This document shows, one piece after another, positions 11,261 through 22,769 of a stretch of DNA of 64,000 nt. Positions within the stretch are counted from its first letter, which is position 1, and every line of letters starts with the position of its first letter. The stretch is taken from the NCBI RefSeq assembly GCF_964194155.1, contig NC_135893.1, positions 82,646,001 to 82,710,000 on the forward strand. The letters are read 5' to 3'. Source of the stretch: Cetorhinus maximus. Its lineage: Eukaryota. The notes under the pieces were generated by a model. The model was given only the letters and a program-made list of their open reading frames with translations. It had not been told where the DNA came from and searched no databases. The translations under genes were made by a program, and so were the position numbers.

Positions 11261-13553
11261 AATAAGGAAGAAAAGTTAAGATTAAAAAACTCCATTATTA
11301 ACTGTTCATTCAGGCATCACCTTTCAACATGACAAAGCTTTATTGAGGAAAGCCAACAGCAACAATAGCATTAAGTCACAATCTATTTTGCAAGGCATGT
11401 TTGCAATAACTCCAATTACAAGCAGCTAAATGTCGCTAAAGTTTTTAAATATCATATCTATCTTTACAGCTTTGCCAGAAATACTCCAAAAGATGTGTTT
11501 TTATCTGTAATATGGGATTACTTTAAATGTAATGTACAAGTTTCCTTAATTGGATCTATGGGAATTAGAGCCAACTTGGGCAATCAGTTTACATACTGTG
11601 GGAATGCACATAAGTAGCACCCATTTGGACAGACCACATATTTCCGAAGGTTTTTCCTACAGCCTTATGGTTTACAAGCCTGCACTTTAATCCAGGGAGG
11701 CCCATCGCCCAACTAGGATTTGGCAAACAGAGGACTTCCTTTGCCAATTAACCAGCTGCTACTAAAAAAGACAGTAAACGTCTCCAAAGAACAGGATTAT
11801 TATAGAATTTGCCAGTTAGTCTTTAAAAAAAACACACGTTTGGTAAAAATCAGAAAGCCTGCTCAGGCTTTAAAGTTAGTTTGGAATTTACAAGATTGGT
11901 AGGTGATCAAGAGCCCATACTTTTGAGGATAATATCGCAATCCAAACAAATGTTTAATCGGTGCATAGTATCATCCTCTCTCACACTACTCGAGGCTTGG
12001 TTTCTCCAATTATTTTTGTCCTTGAATGTAAATAAATGCTAAGAAAAATACATTTAAAGGATAGAAATGAGAATTCCATCTTTTTGAATTTGTCCACTAA
12101 CAACGTACCCTACATTCAACAAATTTTAACTCAAAGACTGGGACATACGACAGCTTGTTTTCCATTCTGTGTTTTTAAGGATGTCCGATCCACCCACGTC
12201 AATACAGCAGCTCAATGACACACAGTTTCAGGACATCAAGGTAAAGGGCAGCAAAAATTAGGAGTCTGTTAACACTTCGAGACTGCAGTTTCAAGGAATG
12301 CGCTTAGCAGATTCAACTGCAAGCTTCACCACTATATCTAACCCAGATGACTGGCACTTTTCTCAGGGAGCTCAGACCCCTACTGGCAAGTTCAAGTTTC
12401 AAGAAGAGAGGCTATCCTTGCTGCTCTTCGAAAAAAGGCCACAAGAATTGATATAAACAGGAAACCTCATTCCCTTGCAGAGCTCCTTATGCTCAGCATC
12501 ATGCTGGGGTGGTGAGAGAATGAGGGCAGATGTCATGTGTAACAAAGTAAAATCTAGAGGCAAGTCTAAAAGGCAAGGACCCCAACAAACAGTTAGGTCA
12601 AATACAAAATTACACTGAATTAAAGCTATCAGACAATCTAACCTCCAAGGTAGGGAAACTCGTTGCTTGCCAAGGTTATGTACAAGATTGTAGAACAGAT
12701 ACAACCACAATCCAAGTGACTCTCTGTGGATTCTGCAAAACACATTGCACCTCTTGCAACTCAATATTGATGGGAGTTGTTTATAGCCAGAGTCTTTTTA
12801 TCATTCCAGATTAGGGCCAGATATGCATGCTGCTCATCAGAACCTGTTTCAGTTCTTTTCTAAACTAATGCACCGAGTTCCCTGGTTGTGTGATTTACCT
12901 TTCCCTTGCTGAATTAGTTTAGTCTCACTGAAGCTATCCCCTCTCCAGTTGGAGCTGGGGACAGCTTTATTTTTCTCACATTTCCTGTGACACAAGGGCA
13001 ACAACCTTTCTCTCTCTACCTATACCATCCAACATATCTATGTTCTGACTTACATTTAAATGATGACTGTCATTCAGCACAGATGCAGATGGTGTGCACA
13101 AAATCAGAAGACGAAAAGCACCACTAACCCATTATCATCATCGCATTCTCCAATAGATGGTTCATTAATAAATTAAACATTAAAAGTTTTCCTTTCACAA
13201 GCAGCAAGACTAACTCAATAGATTAATAAACTGCACTGAATGATCCTTAACCGTGCAAACTAAGAGACTGGAGATTTGGTCGGATCCCTTTGATGAGCAA
13301 GGAGGATGCCAAGTTGCATCAAGTGCATTTTCTTAAAGGAGTTCATTTCAATTTAGAATTTAAGCTGATGCCCGTTTAAAATCCAGTCACCATCATGGAC
13401 TGGTGCCCGGCTCAGGGACCAGTAACCCATACACAGGATTTCTCACACACATTCAAGTGCCTCCTGAACACGTATCCCTCTTTTCGCAAAACTGACACTG
13501 GGATAGAAACATTCAATGCCGAGCAAGGGTGGCTGCCCTGACCGCTCTCCTAC

Positions 13554-13760
13554 CTGCTCCGCTCCGTAGCTGCTGGCGATCTTGCAGAAATCCTCCAGCC
13601 GGATCAGCCCTTCCCCAGCCGCATCAAACATGTCGAACACCACCCGCAGCCTCTCGCATTCCCCCGACTCAAACTCCGGGCTCCCGGCCCGCTCCGGCCC
13701 CGGGGGCTCTAACTCTATCCCCGGGCTCCCGGCCCCCTCCGGCCCCGGGGCAGAATCCAT
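13554..13760 (-). CDS. RAB11FIP3: RAB11 family-interacting protein 3, coding exon 1 (69 aa, first EF-hand)
   Basis: RLRVVFDMFDAAGEGLIRLEDFCKIASSYGAEQ aligns with recalled human RLRAVFDALDGDGDGFVRIEDFIQFATVYGAEQ. Phase-0 GT donor after YGAEQ; in-frame TAG 4 codons upstream of the ATG; lies downstream of DECR2 on the same strand as in human. Confidence 0.85.
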
Positions 13761-14038
13761 TAACGGCTGCTAGCGGCTCCGATTCCCCTTCAATAGGGAC
13801 CGGTCTCCTCCATTCCCGTCTCCCTCCCCCAGGTGTTCTCACTTTCGGGCCGTGGTATTTCTCGCTCCCTCTCCCCGGGTTTTCTAGCTTTCAGGCCCCG
13901 GTATTTCTCGCTCCCTCTTCCCGTGTTTCCTCACTCTCTCCCCCGGTCGCTCCGCGCCGCCATGACTCCGATCAGCAGCGATGACGTTATCCTCCTTCCA
14001 TCGTGCCCGCGCCGCCCTGGAAACGCTACATAGCAACC

Positions 14039-14212
14039 GCCCGGCCGCCGGCACCCCGACTCCAACAGAGCATGCCCGGCCGCCGGCACCCCGACTCCAA
14101 CAGAGCATGCCCAGCCGCCGGCACCCCGACGTCAGCGGAGCACGCCCGGCCGCCGGCACCCCGACGTCAGCGGAGCACGCCCGGCCGCCGGCACCCCACG
14201 ATCCAACAGAGT
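14039..14212. repeat. GC-rich minisatellite, ~35-bp unit x ~5
   Basis: gcccggccgccggcaccccgac(tccaacagagcat / gtcagcggagcac) repeated in tandem. Confidence 0.9.
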
Positions 14213-15739
14213 ACCATTAGCCCATGGGGGGAACAATCATAGAATGCAACGAGAAATGTTTCTATTCTGATTATTCGAAATATATGAAGATTCCGAAGTG
14301 GATTCAATGTGAATACCAACAAATCCGGCTCAGATTCCCCAGCTAGCGTTGCATTCTAGTAATGTAATTGCCCACCTTGTATAACCATATGGCTGTGCAG
14401 TTTTGTTATTTCTAAAAAAAAACGTTTCTGCTCTATAAATCAACACAAACCCTCATTACCGACAGAAAAAATAAATTCTCTATATCACCCATGACCGCGA
14501 CACGTGCATGGCTCTATGCTGAAACACAGCATTCCCAGGGCTCACTACCCCTCTCACAAAATTAAAGCTCTCGGCGTATTATAGCCTTCAAAGATGCTTT
14601 AAATCATGCAATCCAAGCCTCCCCACTCCTAGATCATTCCTTACCCGAACCTCCAGTTCTATTACCGACAGCGGAAAATGGGAAAAGATTAAGATAAATC
14701 CAATCGCTGACATCTGATATGGAGACTAATCTCCAGACTTCCAATATTCCCGCACATGGGTTCGGAGGTGCGAGCTCCTATGGCAGATTATTGGGGGTGA
14801 GAATTTAAAGGGATTAATCAACCAGACCTTTAGGTTGAAGCTGCAGAAAAAAACATAATGATTCTAAAGTAGGGGAAATAAAAGTACTTATCAACTCGCT
14901 CTAAGGTTTCTTTACAGTTGTCCCACCAATTGCTGAATCGGTTGTATAGCAAATGATTGAAGGATTCGCCATCCCAAATCTTAGGGCCGAAAAACAGAAT
15001 AAACTGCATTAAAATTGGTTGAACATTCACCTTGGACTGTGCCATGGGAATGCAACGTGCGGGTCAGGAAAAGCTATCGGATTTAAACAATCCGCTCCTA
15101 CGCTTATTGGTTAAATGCTGCCAGGCACGTAACCCTTCCTCTCCTTGTTTTAATTAGGGAGAGGCGTGGTCGACCTACTCTCTCCTGCTGTGATTGATTG
15201 AGAAACAAAGGCCCTTCTTTCCCTTTAATTTGTGGAGAAACCGATAACGGTTTCTGGTCATGGACCTTTACAATTCTGATGAAAGGCCTTGACCTGAAAA
15301 GTTACCCGCTTCTCTCTCCACAAATGCTGCTAGACCTGCTGAGTATTTCCAGCAACCACAATGTTTTGCTTTGTTTCCCTTCCACTAGTTGTGCTAGAGG
15401 ATCCTCTCTTCCTTCATGTGTTCACCTACTCTTTTTTATTGGCTAGGCTGGAGAAAGTGCAACCACCCCTCCTTTCGTTGGTTGGGAAAAAGTATATTTC
15501 ACTTACATCAGCTGTGTTTGAATTGAGTCAACCTGCTATTTCTTTCTTTGGTTGAGTTGGAAGATGCTGACAGCATCCCTCTCCCTACTGGGAGTGGGTT
15601 TGTACACATTTCTCTAGAAGCTATGCTAGGGCTGGAAAAAAAACTTCCTGTCATTGACATGGCTAAATGGGCTGGAACAAATGCAACTATCCTCTGTTTA
15701 TTTGATTTGAGTATTTTCACTAGTTCTGCCGTGATAGTT

Positions 15740-16670
15740 TTCATCATCCATTGGTTTAACTTGGGATAGCGAGATTCCCTTTCTCATGATGTTGTCCCCT
15801 CCTTTCATAATAGGGTCCTTCTCATCCTCACCTACCATTCCATTAGCTTTGGCATTACTTGGATCATGTTCCACTATTTACAATGTGATCCCATTTCTGA
15901 TGTCCCTTCTCCTCCCCATATGCTTTTTTTGGTGGAACTTTTTTCTACAATACCCTTAAGCCTTCCATCATCCCATTACATTTTCACTAGACACTTGCCT
16001 GCAACAGTATCAGATACACCTGTCCCATTTGCTTATCATGAGATTCCAAACTTTTTTCATGTAAGACAGAAGGTTATACGTACACCTCCAATCTGATGAT
16101 AGTAAACTCCTCTTCTATTAGGGAGACCAAAAATAGATTAGGTGAGCACTTTGCTGAGTGTTAATGCTCTATCTGCAATCATGTTTCTGAACCTCCTGTA
16201 GATTGCCTCTCCATTCTTCCTCTCTATTCCAAATTTGGCACCCTAGACTTCTCATTGTCAGTGTATTTGTCCTGGACATTTTGCAGTCCTCCAAAAGTTT
16301 TAAATCTCAACAGTCTCTGATTTTCTTGTTAGGTTCTTAAGTCCACATTCCACCACATCCCCTTTTATTTGAGGCAATTTTGACTCGGGTTTGTTTGCCT
16401 GACAGCAGCCCTTTACATAGTTTACAGCCCCATATCACCTCTTTCCTGCATCTTAAAATCTATTCAAAAACTACTGAATCTATTATCTGCATCTTTGTGA
16501 AAGCAATTAGGTACTTTGGACGTACCAACTCTACTGTTGTTTTCTGATGTTTTATAAAGAGGATCGTCTTCTTCCACTACCACTTTTGCTGAAAGACCGA
16601 GCAAAACAAACCAGTCTCCGTCTCAGCCATTGACTGACCGCTGTACATTTCAATTTTTATGTCAGATTGC
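15740..16670 (+). mobile_element. Highly degraded Penelope-like fragment (RT C-terminus / GIY-YIG region plus pLTR remnant)
   Basis: Similarity by eye to 56220-56700, e.g. ctcctcttctattagggagaccaaaaatagattaggtgagcactttgctgag. Confidence 0.5.
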
Positions 16671-17349
16671 CAGAAATAATGTTTGCTTTCTCTTTACCCC
16701 TCCTCTTTTATTGTCTTGGCGGAGGTTAAAAATGCACTTTTCAATTCAGTCAGCTGCAGGGATCAGTCAAACACTTTACTGAGCCAGCGTGGAAGGAAGT
16801 TAACACTGAATATTGGTCCTGTGACTGAACTCTGGGAACTTGGCCAGATCCTTCTTCCAATCATTGGCTCAGCTCGCATCGGGAAAGATGGGAGAAGAGA
16901 TTGTATTCTCCTCATTAACTGCTGGGAATGGTTGGTACTTTCCCTAGTCATTGGGTTCAGCTTCCTATAGGCTTATTCTTCTCTTGCACCATCATGCCTT
17001 GTGGTAATTTAATCATCCTGCCTTACATCATATCACAGACCTTTCCTTTTGTTCTTTCCTCCCCCTATATCAGCTTAAAGTCTGCTAAATATCTAATTTG
17101 TTACAGTTCTGACTAAAAGTCATCAACCTTAACCATTAATTGTTTCTCTCTCCACAGATGCTGCCTAGCCTGAGTGTTTCCAGTATTTCAGTTTTCCAGC
17201 ATCTGCAGTATTTTTTAATATATTTTTGTATTATTTTTATTCTTATATTCTTCCAAGTAGAGCCAATGCATGAACAGGCTGATCTTCCCTTCCTCCCTCT
17301 AGCATTGCTGGGGAATTTAGAATCCTGTATTCTATTTTTTCCTCACCTT

Positions 17350-17720
17350 ATCACATCTTTAGCAAAACCCAAAGCAGTTTACAACCAAAGGAGTAATTTT
17401 GAAGTACACTGTTGCTCCTTGGTTAAAAAGCTCCACGAACTACCTTTATAGCACCTTTAACACAGAAAAATATCCCAAGATACTTCACAGAGGGAACATC
17501 AAATTAAAAGCAAGGTGACTAGCCAAATAATCTGTTTCTCGTGGAACAGGACTCCCAGCTCATCTTTATTTAATGCTGTGGGAATTTAACATCCAGTTGA
17601 ACTGGCACATGGAACCTCAGTTTAACATCTCAGGCTGGACTGCAAGTTCTAAAGTGGAGCTTGAACCCACAAGTTTGACTCAGAACAATTATTACCAACT
17701 GTCCACAAATGTGGCAGAGT
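17350..17720 (-). mobile_element. Degraded DeuSINE-like SINE
   Basis: Reverse complement resembles the Deu-domain copy at 45840-46100. Confidence 0.45.
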
Positions 17721-17964
17721 GAATTTTGGAATGTAGCACTGGGAACTTGATTCTGTTGAACAGTTGGTTTTGGCCAGAAGGATAGGTATGGCAGCACATC
17801 TGTATAATTTGTCAATTTTATTGGTGAGAGAACAAAGAATAACCAATTAGAAAGCACAAAAACACTCTTCCAGTGCTCAATATACTAGCAAACATTTTTA
17901 GACACCTAACAAACAGAAACAATTATGAAAATACTACAGAGCCCCCATGGAGAAATACAATCCA

Positions 17965-17970
17965 TTTATT
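17965..17970 (-). terminator. Candidate DECR2 polyadenylation signal AATAAA
   Basis: tttatt on plus strand ~370 nt past the DECR2 stop, followed on minus strand by a GU/U-rich tract. Confidence 0.5.
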
Positions 17971-18337
17971 GGCTGATGGCCAGGTTAGCATAAAATCACA
18001 AAGGATGCCGCAGGTGACTGATGTATGACGGTGTCTGCAGTGAGTCACGATTGTTTACAGAGTGTTGATCAATTGATCCTTAGTAAAACGGTTTAGTGGC
18101 TAACCATAGAGGAAGCCATCCCAGAGTACTGTCAGGCACCAAGTAGGCAGGTTGCTCAAGAGCAAGAGTGGTAAGACTGACTCAGGCCCCCTGTCCATCC
18201 TCTCAGCGCTGGAATGGTGTACATATGTGTATCCTGCTACTGACATGTGTGCTGTATGTTACAGTATAGAAACCCTTCGCAGTATTGATCCAATCTCTTT
18301 AAAACTCTCACCACCCAACTCAATGGTGAGTTGTAGT

Positions 18338-18555
18338 TTATAGCCTGGCTGGTTTTTGCAGGAGTGCCTGCATCGCTAACATGTTATTGGCCCCTGTAAG
18401 CCAATGTCCACCATCAATTACAAGCGATGTACCAGTTACGTATGATGCTGCCGGGCTCACAAGGTACAGCACACCATGGGCTATTTCTAACTTTGTCCCC
18501 ACTCGTTGCAGTGGAATCAATTTTTCGTGGTCTGCCATAGCCTTTGCCAAACCAC
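18338..18555 (-). CDS. DECR2: DECR2 coding exon 8 (last); ends KPARL* with PTS1 ARL
   Basis: IPLQRVGTKLEIAHGVLYLVSPAASYVTGTSLVIDGGHWLT; AG acceptor at 18557-18556; TAA stop. Confidence 0.95.
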
Positions 18556-18698
18556 CTGGTAGGAGAAGAGACAAAATAAGGATTAGGAAAATAAATTCTC
18601 ATGTGCATACATTATCTGCCTGCTTTACGATGCATTGTCAATACTTACAGGCCCATTATTGGAGCACTAGCCTCAGGAGAAATACACAAGTCCCTTAC

Positions 18699-18803
18699 CC
18701 AATTTCCGAAAGCCCTCAGTCCCAGATATGGGCCCTGGTGCCAGACTATTAATGCGAATGTTGTCAGGTCCCCATTCTACTGCTAGGTGCCTTGTCATTG
18801 CAT
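18699..18803 (-). CDS. DECR2: DECR2 coding exon 7 (105 bp)
   Basis: [34 protein letters not shown] with AG/GT flanks; phase consistent. Confidence 0.95.
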
Positions 18804-19076
18804 CTGTAAAGCAGAGTGAGAAATAGTCAGAAAACAATGATTTTTTTTTTTAAAGTCACAAAACAAGTAGAACTTCCCAATTTTTTTTCCAAATTCTTTC
18901 AGAATGTGGGCATCACTGGTTAGGCCAGCATTTATTGCCCTTGACAACATAGGGAAAGTGTAGATTGCCTCTTGCAACTTTTCATGTTGCTAATGATTCT
19001 TCTTCATGCAGAGGGTGAGTGGACAATTCCCATCGATCCTTGTCCAAACTTACACTAAGAGGCATGGGAAATGTAT

Positions 19077-19204
19077 AAAAACAAAAAACTACTGCGGATG
19101 CTGGAAATCCAAAACAAAAACAGAATTACCTGGAAAAACTCAGCAGGTCTGGCAGCATCGGCGGAGAATAAAAGAGTTGACGTTTCGAGTACTCATGACC
19201 CTTA
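19077..19204 (-). mobile_element. Short truncated pLTR-derived insertion with 10-bp TSD
   Basis: TSD ggaaatgtat at 19067-19076 and 19205-19214. Confidence 0.85.
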
Positions 19205-20429
19205 GGAAATGTATCCCTGACTGGCAGGTGTGAGAGATGAACAATATCAGCTATAGCAGACTTTCCTTCCAATATTCTCCTTGCTCACTGGCCTCTGCTC
19301 AAGGGATGTAAATTATCTTAATAGATCGCACATTGTGCTGGGGCTTCAAGTCCAAGAGATGATGGGTCACCATGCTGCCCTCATGCAAATTACTTCAATT
19401 TACCAACATATTGTGGAAGCAGCCCAGCAACATTGTAGCTCAAGCATAGCAAGTCTGGATGGAGAAATAGGAGTTGCATTTGTATGTACTCAGGTGCAAA
19501 GTTACTGAGTTTGACTGTGCTGTCAGAGAAAGGTCCTAACCTGGGGGTGAAGCACTTCCCTGTGGGGGATACAGTTAACAGGTTAGCCAGCACCCTCTCT
19601 CATTCACTCCAAAGGTGCTTTAGCACCATCACTTGTTCAGTTTGGATTAAAAAGCATGAGCTATTCCTTATCCCAATATTAAAATTATAGATCCACATTT
19701 GTGTAAACCAGCTCCTGGAGGAAATAAGAAACCACTAGAGGGCTGGCACTAAGACACCCACCTGGTGCGTCTGCTGCAGAGATACCAAAACAGGTTTTAA
19801 TTTCTTTTTTCACTAATCTCATGTAAAATAGAAAAGTCAAATATAAACATTCATTTTTGATAACAGTACGATCTGGGCCATTGGTCTCTGCACTTCAAGT
19901 CTTAATTCAAGGGTCATGATTTATACTGCATGGCTTTCCTGAGCACAAATTGTCACAACCTCTTCAACCCAGAGAAACAGCTCGACCAAATATGTTCCTC
20001 CAGTCTCTCCTTATGTGACTTTTGAGAGAGGCTGGACAGTGAGTAGGAAGGACATCAGCAGCGAACTCAATCCTGTCCATGCTCAGTCGCATAAGCACAC
20101 AATTTCCAAATGGCGTCACTAGATTGTCATCAGGTGGGGGAAACCTGGCTGGTTTTCCACCCCAGCCCAGGGATGCAGAGGATAATGTAGTGTAGATCTG
20201 TCACCATTTCTAAGCCATATCATTTCAGTGTTTGAGGGCCTTTGGAATGTCAAATGTAGAACCCCAACAACTTTATAAACGCAAAAGAAAAAACTGCAGT
20301 ATTGGAACAAAACAAAAAAATGCTGGACGTTCATGTCAACTGAGGAAATAGGAGTATAACCTGCATCAGAACTGAAAACTGACAGCAGATGAGCTCTGTG
20401 AAGTCATGCAGCTGGAGATCAGCATAATG

Positions 20430-20610
20430 TCACATATGCCATCCCAACTTCAACGTCATGAGTCAAAATCCTGGAACTCCTTCCCTAACTGCAACACATG
20501 GACCGTAGTGATTCAAGAAGGCAGCTCACCACCACCTTTGAGGGAGATCAGCGATGGGCAATAAATTCTGCCATTGATACCCACATCCTGAGAATGAATA
20601 AATAAACACC
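20430..20610 (+). mobile_element. LINE 3' tail fragment (atgaataaa-ending family)
   Basis: ttcaagaaggcagctcaccaccacc...gggcaataaat...cccacatcctgagaatgaataaataa matches the tail at 47310-47420 (minus). Confidence 0.7.
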
Positions 20611-20853
20611 TACAGAGAACAGATATTACTGCTTGAAGATGAAGAGCGTGGACTACAAACACCATTACAATGATAGCAGGAATAAATTATTTTTCTTGTG
20701 ACTTTAGTTAATTGTGGCTGGTATTGCAACAATGAAGTACAGGAGCCCAATTCCCAGCCCTGTGCTGATCAGGTTGAATCCACTGTTTACACTGGCATTT
20801 CCTATGAAGAGTCAGATCCATGGGAACACTCAATACCCGCAACACAAACTTAC

Positions 20854-20947
20854 CTATAGCAGCCTTGGCAGATCCAGCGTGGACCTGCAGAATCTGTCCT
20901 CTGTAGTTCAATGTGGCTGTGATGTTCACAATAACTCCTCCATACTC
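20854..20947 (-). CDS. DECR2: DECR2 coding exon 6 (94 bp)
   Basis: [31 protein letters not shown] with AG/GT flanks. Confidence 0.95.
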
Positions 20948-21856
20948 CTAGGGTAACAGCAGGTTACTAACACCAGACTTTGTACTTTCACAATTAAATT
21001 CCACCTCATTTTCACTAGCAGTTTTTAGATAATATCTGGCTTGACTGTGATAAATTAGGAGCTCATTAATGTGTCTTATTTCCCACACATCATTCTCATT
21101 GTCTCAGACAGATAGGAAATCTAGGAGAACATTGTGGGGAATTGTGAGCTGTGTAATTGCTCACAGGAAATGATTTGAGGCCAACTAACTCAGTTTACCT
21201 AAGAACCCTCAAGCCAGAAAAGATACACATCCCATGGGTCTGGGTGAATTTCAAATAAAGGCCCTGGATACGAAAGGTATGGAAGGTTTGATTTCACACA
21301 ACAAAGGAAAAATTACTTCTTTACCTCCTTTTTTAACCAGTTTGCTCCGTGATCCATCATCTCCTGAAACCACTGACTCTTTAGATCGATGCACTTTCTC
21401 GAAGTGACCATTCTTTATCCATGAGCTTGGATGGTTGGTATCAGAATGGCTACTTCACTTTACCCAAAGTCCACCTCTATGGACTGGAAGTCTGCAGCAA
21501 GAACCCAGATCACTTTTCCCCAGTGGCTCAGGGGCATAATGCCAATTGCAGCACTCTTACCATTGCCCATAACTCAGTGCAGAGCAGGGAAAAAAAAACC
21601 TGGGGCTCTTCCTGGTTTGTCTAGCTCATAGCTGACCAATCAGTAGCACCCCAAAGACAGGTTTTAAATCAATGCTCTCTACCAGAGAGACAAGAGGTGG
21701 CTGTCTCCTCTGACAGGACTGGGAGCTTGCTACCCAGCCCCTCAGCTTGAGGCCAGGCCATTGGGTGGCCTGTAAACCAATTAGAAAAGGAGAAAGGAGA
21801 TATTTAAACCAACCAAACAAAAAGCTGGTTCTTTCAACACCACAAACGTCACTCAC

Positions 21857-21981
21857 CTTTAACCACTTCTGGTACAGGATCTTGCTGGTGTTGAAGGTTC
21901 CAATTGTATCGATCTCCAGGACAGTCTTGAAAGCATTGAATGACAGATCACTGGCAGGACACAGGAAGTTACCTGCAGCAC
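21857..21981 (-). CDS. DECR2: DECR2 coding exon 5 (125 bp)
   Basis: [41 protein letters not shown] with AG/GT flanks. Confidence 0.95.
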
Positions 21982-22208
21982 CTGGGGAAAGTCAGGAGAA
22001 CTTTACAAATTAAAAAAGGCCTTCACAGTAGAATCAGGTTCAGCAAATTTTCCCGTGCACTACATGGTTATAAGATTAACATCTAGAGCAGTGATGTGCA
22101 TTAACTAAAAATCAACAGAGTTGGGACTGGGCAACCTGTGGACTAATAGGTTTCTGTGGATCAGCTGCCTCCATTGATAAGTAACGAGAAAAGGGAACTC
22201 AGACTTAC

Positions 22209-22344
22209 CATTAACCAAGATGTCAATTTTCCCAAATTTCTGCAGTGTCGCCTCCACAGCAGCAACAATGGTCGCAGGCTGCCTGACATCGAGTGACACT
22301 GGCAGACAGCGCAGCCCAGTGGCTGCCGTGAGTTTTTTTGCAGA
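22209..22344 (-). CDS. DECR2: DECR2 coding exon 4 (136 bp)
   Basis: SAKKLTAATGLRCLPVSLDVRQPATIVAAVEATLQKFGKIDILVN with AG/GT flanks. Confidence 0.95.
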
Positions 22345-22769
22345 CTGGATTAAAAGAAAAACATACTGGTCACTGCTGAATGCAATATTATAATCTCTGG
22401 CTGGTTTCCTTTCACACTGACTGAAACAACTTATCCTGGAGGCAGCCTCTCATACGAGTTAGCTCATAAGAATTCCAATAATCTGCAGGGTATTTATGCA
22501 CTTTGGTTGGAGAATTAATGAGCTGATGAACTGCTAGACTACTAATATGTACTGAACCTAATGCTTTCTAATTCTGCTTTGGAACTGAAATAACTTCCAA
22601 CTGTATGATCCTGTTGCACAATCAATCATTCTGCAGTGATGTCACAACAGTTGTCAATCAAAATCCCTGTACCTCTCATCGGTGCATTTTCCATTCCACT
22701 GAGACTACGGCATGTAATCGAACTGTCAGACACTGTCCTTTAGTCTGATGAGTCAGGTAAACCTCCAAA

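Larger units (their letters stand above)
13520..14215 (-). promoter_or_regulatory. CpG island / promoter of RAB11FIP3 with X-box-like motifs (14011-14037) and a CRE-like TGACGT (13983-13988)
   Basis: Locally very GC- and CpG-rich around the first exon; gccgccctggaaac and cgctacatagcaac resemble RFX X-boxes. Confidence 0.7.

Noticed and set aside
1-13553. RAB11FIP3 coding exon 2 (expected VKDLTKYLDPSGLG-like)
   Set aside because: No matching exon found by eye on the minus strand; it probably lies beyond position 1
14039-14212. 35-bp repeats as a CRISPR-like array
   Set aside because: Head-to-tail tandem units with no unique spacers, in a eukaryotic context with no cas genes
13529-14242. Several overlapping ORFs around the RAB11FIP3 promoter
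   Set aside because: Expected in a GC-rich CpG island and minisatellite; no recognisable domains
21317-21420. Strong-looking plus-strand splice acceptor in DECR2 intron 5
   Set aside because: All three frames stop within ~70 nt and there is no partner exon; cannot be supported without transcripts
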